64,000 nucleotides of DNA from an uncultured virus (IMG/VR IMGVR_UViG_3300031951_000033) (lineage: Duplodnaviria > Heunggongvirae > Uroviricota > Caudoviricetes), in IMG/VR virus record IMGVR_UViG_3300031951_000033. One strand, 5' to 3'. Position 1 is the stretch's first letter. The number at the start of each line of letters is the position of its first letter. This document shows positions 37,626 through 48,100 of the stretch, in pieces. The notes beneath the pieces were generated by a model that did not search any database, had not been told where the DNA came from, and was given only the letters and a program-made list of their open reading frames with translations. The position numbers were made by a program, and so were the translations under genes.

Positions 37626-38366
37626 ATGCGAGATAAGCAACCCAGCAAGCTGAGCGAACTAGATAATCTGGCCAGTCTTTTCAAGACTAATGTCAGAATA
37701 CACAACATGTCGTGCATGGACGAGGATGCAGTATGGGCTCGCAATGTCGAGGTCTGTATAACTCGCATGCCCATAAGACGCAGAGACGGTTTTTCTGCGG
37801 ATATAGTTCAGCAGTTTGCTCACAAGCTCAAGAGCTCTATGGTGCCCAACGGCATCGTGTTTCTTATATGCTATGCGCCGATAGAGGCTAAGTGGCGACC
37901 GTTTGAAGTTGCTAAGGCGATGGTCGATGCTGGTTTTACCCACATAGACAATATAGTCATAAAGAAAAGTTGGTATCCAGGCAAACGTTCTGAGATAAAT
38001 CTCGTCAACTCGCACGAGTATGTCCTGCATTTCTGCAACGGTGACGTATGGAAATTAGACAGGTTGCCGATAAGAGAATATCTTGATACAGAAGAAGAGA
38101 TAACCTGCCCCGGTAACACGTGGGAAGTAGAGACCGGTTCGCTGGACGAGTCTTACCCGCTCGATCTCGCCGAACTCCTGATAAGGATGACTGACTGTCT
38201 GCCGGGTTCTATGGTGTTTGACCCGTACTGTGGAGGCACAGGTTCTCTTAGAGCGGCAATGAAGCTAGGGCACAGTTTTTACGGCTTTGAGTCTGATCCA
38301 AAGCAGATGAAAAAGTACGAGAAGTTAGTAGAAGAACAGTTAGAAGATTCAAGAAAGAGGAAATGA
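37626..38366 (+). CDS. N4/N6 DNA methyltransferase-like protein (beta-class layout, degenerate catalytic motif)
   Basis: HEYVLHF, YPLDLAELLI, VFDPYCGGTGS...FYGFE; motif IV position reads CITRMP. Confidence 0.7.
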   Translation: MRDKQPSKLSELDNLASLFKTNVRIHNMSCMDEDAVWARNVEVCITRMPIRRRDGFSADIVQQFAHKLKSSMVPNGIVFLICYAPIEAKWRPFEVAKAMVDAGFTHIDNIVIKKSWYPGKRSEINLVNSHEYVLHFCNGDVWKLDRLPIREYLDTEEEITCPGNTWEVETGSLDESYPLDLAELLIRMTDCLPGSMVFDPYCGGTGSLRAAMKLGHSFYGFESDPKQMKKYEKLVEEQLEDSRKRK

Positions 38367-38367
38367 T

Positions 38368-40098
38368 ATGGGCTTGTACGAGAAATCTAAAGCAAAGAAG
38401 GTTATTAGCAATCGCGCGGAGATCAAGGATCTAGTGACCAAGACCATGAGCGACATGGCAACTATCGTAGGCGCAACTCTTGGACCAGGCGGTCGAGCGG
38501 TTCTTATCGAGCGAGACGGTCTTAGCCCGCTGATCACCAAAGACGGAGTCACCGTCGCCAAGAGCCTAGGCGTGGACAACGCTGAGGCCAATCTGGTAGT
38601 AGAGAGCGCCAAAGAGATCTGCTTAAATACTGCTAAAGAGGCAGGCGACGGTACCACTACCGCTATCGTGCTTGCTGACGCCATCACGAAGCATGGCCTC
38701 GAGTTTCTCAGCGCCAACCCTAAGTATAACCCGCAGCGAATGGTCACCGAGCTCAACGAGCTGTACTCCAACATGATCGTTCCCTTCCTGAAGGAGCACG
38801 CAGCTAAGGTTGCTGCGCCTGAAGAACTTGTTGATGTAGCGACTATCTCTGCCAACGGCGACAAGCAGATCGCTGAGATCGCGGTAGAGGCTGTTCTAGC
38901 TGCAGGCGAAGACGGTAAGGTTCTTATCGAGGAAGCTCAGGGCAACCAGCTTAAGGTTGAGACGATAGACGGTTTCATTGTCACTACTGGTCTAAAGGAT
39001 GTCGGAGCCATTGGGTACGCGTTTATCAATGATAAGGCTGGACAGCAATGCAAGATGGACGAAGGTCTCGTGTTTCTGTACGACGGAACTCTTAACGACC
39101 TAAAGATACCCGCTGCGATTCAGCAAGCAGTAGAGGGTACAGATTACTACGGAAAGCCGATTGCTGTGTTTGCTCAGGGCTTTTCTGAAGTGGTGCTTGA
39201 TACCTTCGCAAAGACTTGCAAGGGCGGTTACATGGTTGTCCCCGTTAAGACGCCTATGTACGGTATTGCCAACTCCTCTTCTATGTTTTTGCAGGATCTT
39301 GCTGCTTACAGCGGCGCCAAGGTTTATAATCCCGGAACGCTCTCTCAGTTTATCGAAGAAGACGAAGAAACCGGCTTTGGTCAATTCTCTTCTGCCAAGA
39401 TAAATCTGTACGAGTGTTTCGTCACTAGCAACTTCTCCTCTGAGGCTGTAGAGCAACGCGTCGGAGAGCTCAAGGCTATCGCTGAAGCAGCGAAGAGTGA
39501 CTTCGATCGCATGCACATTAAAGCCGCGATCGCGCGCCTCACTGGAGGAGTTGCAACTATCTGGGTTGGCGGTGCAAGCGAGCTTGAAGCCCGCGAAAAG
39601 AAAGCTCGCATCGAAGATGCGGTAGAAGCGGTAAAAAGCGCTATCGCTGAAGGCATCGTCCCTGGCGGTTGCGCTATGCAGCTAGTCATGTCAGATATGA
39701 TATTCAATATGCTGTCGAACGCCGAGACCCCTCAGTCTTGGATCATCATGGCTAAAGCGCTCAGAGCTCCGTTTGAATTGCTTCTTACTAACTGCGGCGA
39801 AGATGTTAACGACGTTTGGATGGCTATCGAGCCGTTCATCTCCGGAAGAACCGAACCGCCGAACAAGATATTCGACGCCAATAAGCACATGATCGTTGAT
39901 CCCTTAACGTGCGGCATTATCGAGCCTGCTAAAGTTTGTCGCGTTAGCATAGGAAATGCCGTGTCCGTGGCTTCTTTGCTTATTACTCTCGGCGGCCTAG
40001 TAGTTGTTCCTAGAGACTCTTCTTTGGAGAACCAACTTGCTCTGTCTAAGCAGGCCTTCAAGGAAATGATGAGTGGTGATGGCGTAGGACAGCTGTGA
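38368..40098 (+). CDS. groEL: Phage GroEL-like chaperonin
   Basis: TLGPGGR, ITKDGVTVAK, AGDGTTTA, ARIEDAVEA..AIAEGIVPGGC. Confidence 0.95.
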   Translation: MGLYEKSKAKKVISNRAEIKDLVTKTMSDMATIVGATLGPGGRAVLIERDGLSPLITKDGVTVAKSLGVDNAEANLVVESAKEICLNTAKEAGDGTTTAIVLADAITKHGLEFLSANPKYNPQRMVTELNELYSNMIVPFLKEHAAKVAAPEELVDVATISANGDKQIAEIAVEAVLAAGEDGKVLIEEAQGNQLKVETIDGFIVTTGLKDVGAIGYAFINDKAGQQCKMDEGLVFLYDGTLNDLKIPAAIQQAVEGTDYYGKPIAVFAQGFSEVVLDTFAKTCKGGYMVVPVKTPMYGIANSSSMFLQDLAAYSGAKVYNPGTLSQFIEEDEETGFGQFSSAKINLYECFVTSNFSSEAVEQRVGELKAIAEAAKSDFDRMHIKAAIARLTGGVATIWVGGASELEAREKKARIEDAVEAVKSAIAEGIVPGGCAMQLVMSDMIFNMLSNAETPQSWIIMAKALRAPFELLLTNCGEDVNDVWMAIEPFISGRTEPPNKIFDANKHMIVDPLTCGIIEPAKVCRVSIGNAVSVASLLITLGGLVVVPRDSSLENQLALSKQAFKEMMSGDGVGQL

Positions 40099-40808
40099 TG
40101 CCAGACAGGATAAAACTCTTTATAAGAGAGTCTAAGACGGCTCAATTCATAATAGTGTTTATCGCCGGCCTGGTGATAGGCGCAGTGTTTTATCCTTCGT
40201 CTCGCACAGAGAAGAAATCGTCCGAGAAATACGAGCAGCAGATATCTAAGCTCAATGAGCAGCACTCTAAAGAAATAAGCGATGCTAGATCTCAGATCAC
40301 TTCCCTTGAGCAGAAAAATGAATCTATAGAAAAGCAGTATCAAGGCAAGATGTCTTCTATGTCGCAGAGGATAAGTCAATTACAAAAATCAAAGAAAGTG
40401 AATCACTATAAGCTCATAAGGCCTGATGGCACCATTGAAGAGCGTACAGTCATAGAGGACAATGTCACCGAAAATGTTCAAGCGGTTGAACAGGTCAAAC
40501 AAGAATACGAGGCTAAATTGACCGCGCAGGCGCAGAGCATAAGAAAAGAAAGCGAAGACATAGTTTTGTCCATACAGCGAACCTTTGACCGCAAGGAGCG
40601 AGAATATCAACAAAAGATCAGCTCTTTAGAGACGTCCGAAGTAAAACAAGTAAACATCAAGCGCTTCGGCGTAGAAGCCGGCATCCTACTGAATAGGAGT
40701 TACTATCTTCATGCTACGGCGGATCTAACAGGCCCTTTGTTTTTAGGGACGCACGCAGAGACAGGTTTTAATTCAACTGTAGGACTAGGGTTAGGTTTAA
40801 GGTTTTAA
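40095..40808 (+). CDS. Membrane-anchored coiled-coil protein with C-terminal beta-strands (spanin-like candidate)
   Basis: TM FIIVFIAGLVIGAVFY; long heptad region; ends VGLGLGLRF. Confidence 0.5.
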   Translation: MMPDRIKLFIRESKTAQFIIVFIAGLVIGAVFYPSSRTEKKSSEKYEQQISKLNEQHSKEISDARSQITSLEQKNESIEKQYQGKMSSMSQRISQLQKSKKVNHYKLIRPDGTIEERTVIEDNVTENVQAVEQVKQEYEAKLTAQAQSIRKESEDIVLSIQRTFDRKEREYQQKISSLETSEVKQVNIKRFGVEAGILLNRSYYLHATADLTGPLFLGTHAETGFNSTVGLGLGLRF

Positions 40809-40809
40809 T

Positions 40810-41157
40810 ATGCCAAAATTCAAATTTCACTGTCAAAGCTGCAATTTAGGTTTTATGAAGTTCGTTCATAAGAACACCGATAGCTATAAATGCGACAGCT
40901 GCGGCACATCTTGTCCCAGACAATTTCCTAGCAGTACGGCTAGCGAAGTCAAAGAAACTGTTGATTCGTACAGAAACGTGTCTTGGTCGGACAACCAGGA
41001 AGCCTTGATAAAGGCAAGGCGCGAAGAGTATTACTGGAACGTAGAGGTTCCTAGGCTGGTAGAGAAATATTCCGTCGAGACCTGCTTAGAGCAAGGGTGG
41101 CTAGTATACAACGACAATAAAGAGCTCGTGATAAACAAACCACCCTCTAAAAGATAA
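40810..41157 (+). CDS. FmdB-like zinc-ribbon protein
   Basis: MPKFKFHCQSC...F....CDSCG. Confidence 0.7.
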   Translation: MPKFKFHCQSCNLGFMKFVHKNTDSYKCDSCGTSCPRQFPSSTASEVKETVDSYRNVSWSDNQEALIKARREEYYWNVEVPRLVEKYSVETCLEQGWLVYNDNKELVINKPPSKR

Positions 41158-41175
41158 TCTTCGTACAATACATAG

Positions 41176-42909
41176 ATGCGATTACTGTCTGTTAGTATCA
41201 ATAACTTTTTAAGTATAGAAAATGCTACCGTTGATTTTGAAGATAGTGGTCTGGCTCTTGTTGAAGGCTGGAACTTCGACACTGGTCGAGCAAATGCTGC
41301 AGGCAAGACAGCGATATTCAACGCTATCTCTTTTGCTCTGTACAATAAGCTCCCTAGAAAAATCACCGCGTCAGAGATCTTACGAAGAGGAGCTAAATCT
41401 GGAAGTGTTACGCTTACTGTCTCCCTCGAAGACGGGAGTGTTTATACGGTTAAAAGAAACAGACCGTCAGGCTTCTCGTTCAAAAAAGACGGCGCGGATG
41501 TAACCCTTACTCAAGAAGAGTTTGAGTCTAAGTTAAAGTTAAATTATGATCAGTTTTTGGTTGCTGTGTACTGCGCACAGAACACCGAAACTAGGTTCTT
41601 GTATCTTAACGACACATCTAAAAAAGACTTTATAGTCCAGCTGTTAGGCCTTAACAAATTCTCCATTTTGAAGAAGAGTGCAGACCTAAAGATATCCGCC
41701 ATAGAGCAACAGATCATTGAGGCCTCAAGTGGCATAAAAAGCGCTGAAGCTAGAATATCTACTTACCAAGAATCTCTGGTGGACGAAGACGAGGTCAGAT
41801 CAAAGCTAGATCAGATAGACAGCGCTGTAGGCATCGCTAAGGTAGAGCTAGTTGAGCTTGCTTCGGTTCAGAGACCTGACCTATCAAAGTACGCATCCCT
41901 GCAAGAAAACATAAGTGCAAGGAAATCTAAGTTCGTAGAAGACAGGACCACGAGAAACATCTTGTTTGCCCAGCACGTCAAGCTGAAGAGCAAGATAAAG
42001 CCGTTTTCTAAAAGCGACAGATGCCCTACTTGCGGAAGCGCTCAAGATGTTTCAGACGCCAAAGCTAGACACGAGACTGAGTGTTCTCAGCTAGCCAATG
42101 AGGCAGAAGACTTGCTGTCTCAGATTATAGAGATAGATAATCGTTTGGCCAAAGAGAACGAAGTGGATACTCTTGCTGCAAAACTAAAAGAAAAGTTGTC
42201 TGAAGAGAGTCGCCAGTACGAAACCGCAAAAACCAGATCTAGTGAACTAAATACCTTTGTGTCTGTTAAGGCTAAGGATCGTGCCACTTACGCTCAGCAG
42301 CTGGCAAACAATGCGACCGTTAACTCCAAGATAGCTAGCTTGAATACCGTTGTAGAGCAACTACGGGCAAAAATACAGGGCTATAAGCAAGACATGGAGA
42401 TCTACAAGACTGTGTCCTCCGCCTATTCTTCAACAGGTGCCCAGGCCTATGTTTTAGACTCAGTCGTAGATTCCTTTAATTCCCGGATGGATCATTACGT
42501 GTCCTTGGTGTGGCCTAATGTTACTTATGCTCTCAGGTCATATAGAGAGAACTCTAAGGGCGATCTCACTGCTAAGTTGTCAGAGCTGCTTACCATGAAC
42601 GGCGAGGAAATATCTATAGGCAGTCTTTCTGGCGGTGAGAATCGTGCCCTGTCAATCTGTGCCGATCTGTCCATGATAGATGTAGTGTCTTCGGAGTTCA
42701 GCATCTCGCTTAATCCCTTGATCTTTGATGAGCCTTTTGACGGTCTAGACCACGTGGGGCGCGAACTTGTAGTGGATTTACTTGAAAGAGTGGCTCAAGA
42801 TCGCCAGATATTCATCGTAGATCATTCCTCTGAAACTCAAGCTAAGTTCTCTAAGGTTATCAGAGTTGAAAAGAGAAACGGCATATCCACCATATCTGCT
42901 GCCTCATGA
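41176..42909 (+). CDS. SbcC/Rad50 (gp46-like) ATPase
   Basis: NFLSI; NAAGKT; Zn hook CPTCG; LSGGE; IFDEPFDGLD; IVDH. Confidence 0.92.
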   Translation: MRLLSVSINNFLSIENATVDFEDSGLALVEGWNFDTGRANAAGKTAIFNAISFALYNKLPRKITASEILRRGAKSGSVTLTVSLEDGSVYTVKRNRPSGFSFKKDGADVTLTQEEFESKLKLNYDQFLVAVYCAQNTETRFLYLNDTSKKDFIVQLLGLNKFSILKKSADLKISAIEQQIIEASSGIKSAEARISTYQESLVDEDEVRSKLDQIDSAVGIAKVELVELASVQRPDLSKYASLQENISARKSKFVEDRTTRNILFAQHVKLKSKIKPFSKSDRCPTCGSAQDVSDAKARHETECSQLANEAEDLLSQIIEIDNRLAKENEVDTLAAKLKEKLSEESRQYETAKTRSSELNTFVSVKAKDRATYAQQLANNATVNSKIASLNTVVEQLRAKIQGYKQDMEIYKTVSSAYSSTGAQAYVLDSVVDSFNSRMDHYVSLVWPNVTYALRSYRENSKGDLTAKLSELLTMNGEEISIGSLSGGENRALSICADLSMIDVVSSEFSISLNPLIFDEPFDGLDHVGRELVVDLLERVAQDRQIFIVDHSSETQAKFSKVIRVEKRNGISTISAAS

Positions 42910-42921
42910 TATAATAACCCC

Positions 42922-43287
42922 ATGGACAAGCTCCTTAAAAAGGCAGACGATATAGTTGAGCTTCTTGAAAAGAAGTTCATGCCCAAGACTGTTCAGCCGG
43001 CTCTGCCTCCCATGAAGCCCACCATAAAGCCTCAAACCATGAATGCTTTACCTGCGCCTAACATGCAGGCAAATACGCCTGGTATGCCAAACACGTTAAA
43101 GCCGCCCAGAATGCCTAGAACTACCGGCAGAAACCCTACTAAGATGCCTGGCGTCGCTGCCGCTCAAAAGAAGGACCCTAAAAAGGTGGCAGAGCAAATA
43201 AGAGAGGGCACCACCAGATTCAACGCTCTCGAGATGCTTAAGTTCGACAAGAACGGCCAATGGAAACTGTACCCGCCAGAGGGATGA
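42922..43287 (+). CDS. Small Pro/Met-rich protein with KNGQW motif (candidate internal head protein)
   Basis: Low-complexity core; C-terminal LKFDKNGQWKL; own TATAAT upstream. Confidence 0.55.
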   Translation: MDKLLKKADDIVELLEKKFMPKTVQPALPPMKPTIKPQTMNALPAPNMQANTPGMPNTLKPPRMPRTTGRNPTKMPGVAAAQKKDPKKVAEQIREGTTRFNALEMLKFDKNGQWKLYPPEG

Positions 43288-43300
43288 GTATAATCTGGGT

Positions 43301-43840
43301 GTGAAGCCCAAGCCTCCCTTCAACATCAATGCCGCGATCAGGTCTGCCATAAGGCGCGTATTCTCACGCTCTCCTATGGTCAGAGACACAATGATGAAGG
43401 TGCGCAGAGAAGTGCCTAAATTCAATAAGGACGGCACCAGGGCAAAGAAGGATGCCGTCCAATATCTGTGCGGAGTTTGCAACGAGTATGTCAGCTCCAC
43501 GAAGATAGCCGTGGACCACAAGATACCGGTTATCGATGTTGACAAGGGGTTTGTTGACTGGAATACTTTTGTTGACAGAGTGTTCTGCGACTTATCTAAC
43601 CTACAGGTGATATGCGATCCCTGTCATCAGGCTAAGACTAACTCTGAGCGCTTTGAGCGCCAGTTTAAGCGCGACATCGCAGTGATTGACGAGCTAGAAA
43701 AGTCTAATGATATGGTGGGTATAGCCATTGCGGTCAAAAAAATCTCTAAAAAGAGGCTATCCTCGTATCCTGAAGATATTAGGGCCAGAGTCGACGCATT
43801 AAAACAGAAGATACGCGGTATAAAGATCCCTAAGAAATGA
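43301..43840 (+). CDS. HNH endonuclease
   Basis: CGVC...VDHKIP...NLQVICDPCHQAKT. Confidence 0.85.
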   Translation: MKPKPPFNINAAIRSAIRRVFSRSPMVRDTMMKVRREVPKFNKDGTRAKKDAVQYLCGVCNEYVSSTKIAVDHKIPVIDVDKGFVDWNTFVDRVFCDLSNLQVICDPCHQAKTNSERFERQFKRDIAVIDELEKSNDMVGIAIAVKKISKKRLSSYPEDIRARVDALKQKIRGIKIPKK

Positions 43841-43847
43841 GGCCATT

Positions 43848-44144
43848 ATGAAATCCGAATCAGTCAAAAAGATCCTTTCTAAGTCCTTTGTAGATAACCA
43901 CGAGAACATTGACGAAGATACCGCTGGTCAGCTTATTGTTAAGGCTGAACAGAAGATCAGGGAGATCCGCGAGGAGCGCGCCGCAGACGATAAACTTGCT
44001 GCCGCTAAGCAGATCGTTAAGGATCTTAACGGTGCCTACACAAGCGCTATCAATTATGAGGGCGCTAAGATCCAGTTTTTGCTGGAAAAGATAGCCGAGA
44101 TTCAGTCTGGCGAAGTTAATCCCAGCTCAGGCGCAAACGCCTGA
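43848..44144 (+). CDS. Hypothetical helical protein
   Basis: 98-aa ORF; GAGG SD. Confidence 0.6.
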   Translation: MKSESVKKILSKSFVDNHENIDEDTAGQLIVKAEQKIREIREERAADDKLAAAKQIVKDLNGAYTSAINYEGAKIQFLLEKIAEIQSGEVNPSSGANA

Positions 44145-44173
44145 TAAAATAGGCTCATCATTAGGAGACTACA

Positions 44174-45031
44174 ATGAGCTTAAGAGATTCATATTATAAC
44201 GGTGTAACTGGTCTCCAGCAGCAGATGGACGCGACCTTTCAACAGGGGATCGCCTATGTTGGAGCTGGAACTGAAGACATTTCTACTGTAACTTTCGGTT
44301 CTTTAACCGGTTCTGGTCTTGCTGCGGGCGCTGGTCAACCTGGTTTCTACTTTATCTTCTCTTCACCGAGTACAAAGTACGCAGCCTGGATGTCCATCTC
44401 TGGCGAGATTGCTCCGACTGTTGCTGGCGCGACACTCGTACAGATTTCTCTGTTGTCGGGCGATAACTCTACTGCTGTAGCGACCAAGGTTGCTGCTGCT
44501 ATCAACGCTATAGCGCTTACACCGTTCTCGGCTATATCTGTAGCGCAGGCAGTTTCGATTCAGAATAACTCGCCTGGAGCTCCAATCCAAGCTATAACCA
44601 TCGGCACTTTGCCTGTAGGCGCCGCGGTAGCGCAGGTTGTTCCTGGAGTTAACTCTACCGGTAACTATTCAACCTTGAACAGCGCGCTTCTTTCTGCCGC
44701 TCAACAGGGCTTGACTGACTTTATGGTTACTATTCAGGGAACCGGTAACGTCAACGGTGGGTATCTTCGCCAGAACAACGGCAACAATCTGCTTCTGAAG
44801 AGCTTCTTCGGCGGCATCTCGTACGCCCTTGCTGGAGAGAAGATCTACGGATATCAGTGTACTCTAAGTCTAGATGTGTCTGACAGAACCAACACAAACG
44901 TTATCTTTACGTTCTCGTTCAGCAACAGATCGCTGTCATACAATGGCGGACCTACTAGTCCGATAAACGGATCTACGATCGGAACTGTTGTTCCGACGTC
45001 GACCCCTGTATGCTACAATACTAACTACTGA
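44174..45031 (+). CDS. Putative virion structural protein sharing a domain with the baseplate J insert
   Basis: AGGAG SD; S/T/G/A-rich; FYFIF...YAAW...GDNSTAVATKVAAAIN. Confidence 0.6.
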   Translation: MSLRDSYYNGVTGLQQQMDATFQQGIAYVGAGTEDISTVTFGSLTGSGLAAGAGQPGFYFIFSSPSTKYAAWMSISGEIAPTVAGATLVQISLLSGDNSTAVATKVAAAINAIALTPFSAISVAQAVSIQNNSPGAPIQAITIGTLPVGAAVAQVVPGVNSTGNYSTLNSALLSAAQQGLTDFMVTIQGTGNVNGGYLRQNNGNNLLLKSFFGGISYALAGEKIYGYQCTLSLDVSDRTNTNVIFTFSFSNRSLSYNGGPTSPINGSTIGTVVPTSTPVCYNTNY

Positions 45032-45057
45032 TCTTCAGTACCTTACTCCTTATAGGT

Positions 45058-45095
45058 TGAGGGGAACAGTCTAACGGCTGTTCCCCTTATTGTTT
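45058..45095 (+). terminator. Intrinsic terminator
   Basis: tgaggggaacagtc-taac-ggctgttcccctta followed by ttgttt. Confidence 0.7.
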
Positions 45096-45108
45096 GTATA
45101 ATAACGGT

Positions 45109-48100
45109 ATGTCCAAATTTAGACCAGTAGTACAATTACATAATCACTCAAAATATTCTCTACTAGACGCTGTTCCCTCGCCCGAAGAATGGGTTGGCTG
45201 GTGCCTTAAGACAGGTACGCCAGCTCTCGCTGTCACAGATCACGGTACCGCCATCTCTATGTTCGATGCTCTGCGCACCAAGGAGTTCATCAAGAACTAC
45301 AACAAAGAGCACGGCACCAACCATCCTCTTGATGCTGTCAAGCTGATACCGGCTGTTGAGCTTTACGTAAAGCTGAACGCCGAAGATAAGAATCATTACC
45401 ATATCACCGCGTGGGCAACAAATACTAAGGGCTACAAGAACCTGATGAAGCTCGCGTCGATCGCGTACAACGACACAGTGAGCTACTATGGTTCGCTTAA
45501 AGGGCGCGTAACGTTCGATCAGATCAACGAATATAAAGCTGGCATCAAGTTTGGTACGGGCTGCATTGCTGGCCCGATCGGCAAGGCGCTTTGGGGTTCA
45601 GACAAGAAAGAGGCAGAGCGTCTGTACCTGATGTATCAAGAGATGTTTGGCGAGCATCTTTATGTGGAGTTTCATTGCAACGACGTCACACATAACTTCA
45701 ACAAAACTACCGGCGGCTTCGATCCCATCCCGGGAGACGAATGCTCTTGTGATGGCAATAAACAGAAGGGATACAACCTTTTCCTAAAGGAGATGGTAGA
45801 GAAGCACGGCGGCAAATGTATCCCAGTTACAGATGCACATTTTATTGCGCCAGAAGACAAGCGTATTCAGGATGCGCTTCTCATGAACGGTAACACCAAT
45901 GGTTGGTATTTCTACGAGTCTTACAACCAGATGGAGTCTGATGAAATATACAGTCGCCTCAAGAAACATCTTGGCGAATGGCTCACGGAAGACCGTTTTA
46001 ACGAGTGGATCGACAACACTTATGAGGTTGCTAACGCAGTAGAGACTGTTGAGATGAAGTTCGAGTATCATCTTCCAAAGATAGATATACCTGAACACAT
46101 AAAGACTAAGACAGACGATTACGACAAACAAACTTACTTTTACATGATGGAGCTCATAAAACAGCACGGCCGCTGGAGCAACGATCCTGTTTACGTTAAC
46201 AGATTCAAACAAGAGCTTGACGTGATCATGAAGAACGAGAAGCTCAACTTCATCCCGTACTTCTTGGTCTACGAAGATATTGGTAGGTTTGCGAGGTCTC
46301 AAGGCATCTTGCAAAATATTGCTCGTGGCTCTGCAGGCGGCAGCCTGATCTCTTATTACCTCAAGATCATCCACGTCGACCCTATCAAGGCAGATCTGCC
46401 GTTCGAGCGGTTTCTTTCTCATGCTCGTATTAGAGCCGGATCGTTTCCAGATATCGATGCAGATATTGGTGATCGCGCGAGGTCGCTGATCATGAAGTAC
46501 TTGCAAAACAAGTACGGAAACGGGTTTGCTCAAATTGCTACGTTCAGCAAGATGAAGACCAAGAACGCCATCAAGGATGCGATGTACGCGGTTTACGGCA
46601 AGAACGGCAACGATCCAGAGGTTCGAGCCATCTGTGATACGATCCCTGACTCACAGCAAGGCGTAGATGAACACGACTTTCTGTACGGCCACCACGACTC
46701 AGAGGGCAACTATAATCCTGGACAGATAGAAGTAAACAAGACGCTGGCTAACTTCTTTGAGAACAAACCAGAGATCGAGCGCATGGTGAAGAAACTGATC
46801 GGCACTGTGCGCGGTTGGTCAAGACATGCCTCTGCTTTCGTGATCTCTACGCTTGATCTAAGCGGAGATCGCGTGCCAACCATGGTGATGAGGGATAAAG
46901 AACTTGGTGACATACTTGTAACTCAGTACGACGCCGGTATGGTCGAGAAGTGCGGTCTTGTGAAGGCCGACATACTTGGGATTAAGACGCTGACCGCAGT
47001 ATCAGACTGCGTCAACATGATCGCCAAGCGCGGAGGCATAAACTACCTAGAAGAAGAGAGCGGCGTGCCTCTTATCTATCGTCTGCCTGAAGATAAAGAA
47101 GTGTACGGTGACTTCTACAGCAAACAGACAGACTCGTCTTTTCAGTTTAACACTGAACTTATCAAGGGTTATATTCAAGAGTTCTGCCCGCTCAGACGAC
47201 AAGATCTAGGCGCGCTTACCGCACTTTGTCGCCCGGGTGCGCTTGATGCTCCGCTCTACGACACTACTGCTGCTCAGTATTACATGGACGTACGGAACGG
47301 TAAACGAACGCTAGAGTACCTACACCCTGACCTGGCTCCGATCCTAAAGGAGAGCAACGGCGTTTTTGTCTACCAGGAAGAGGTCATGAAGTTCCTTGTC
47401 AATATCGCCGGTTACTCGTGGGAAGAGTCAGATATTATTCGCTCTGCTATCGCCAAGAAAAAACACGAGGTTATTCTAGCCACCTTCGACAAGATCAGGT
47501 CTTCCTGCAGAGCTAGAGGTTGGACAGATCAAGCTATAGAGACCGTGTGCCAGCAGATTCAAGCGTTTTCAAGATACTCGTTCAACAAGAGTCACTCGTA
47601 CGCTTATGCCGAGCTCGGCTACGTCACCATGTACTTGAAAAGACATCACTTTTATGAGTGGTGGACAGCTATTCTTAATCTGGCTGTTAACGACGCAGAT
47701 AAGGATAAGTTACGCAAGTACGTGTCTCTCCTTGGGCCCATAGTTCGTCCGCCGTCACTTGCCAACCCCACTGACGAGTTCAGTATTCGCGAGATAGATG
47801 GCAAGAAGTATATCATAACTCCAATTACCGCTTTAAAGGGTTGCGGTCCTTCTGTAGTCAAAGAGCTGTGCAGCAAAGGTCCGTTCTCTTCGCTTGAAGA
47901 TCTAGTGACTAGAGTTGATCACGCTAAGATCAATACGGGTGTTATTTCATCGCTCATCAAGGCTCGTGCCGCTGATGACCTGATGGAGGCTGATATGGCA
48001 GATCTAGCCAGCACTAAGTATCCTCAGATACGAAAGGCGTTCATCGACAAGTATGCCGCCTTAAGAGGTAGCAGGGTAAAGATCAAAGAAGATCTGCTTA

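Noticed and set aside
43301..43840. HNH gene as a mobile intron-encoded element
   Set aside because: Free-standing with its own promoter and interrupts no gene; homing activity cannot be judged from sequence
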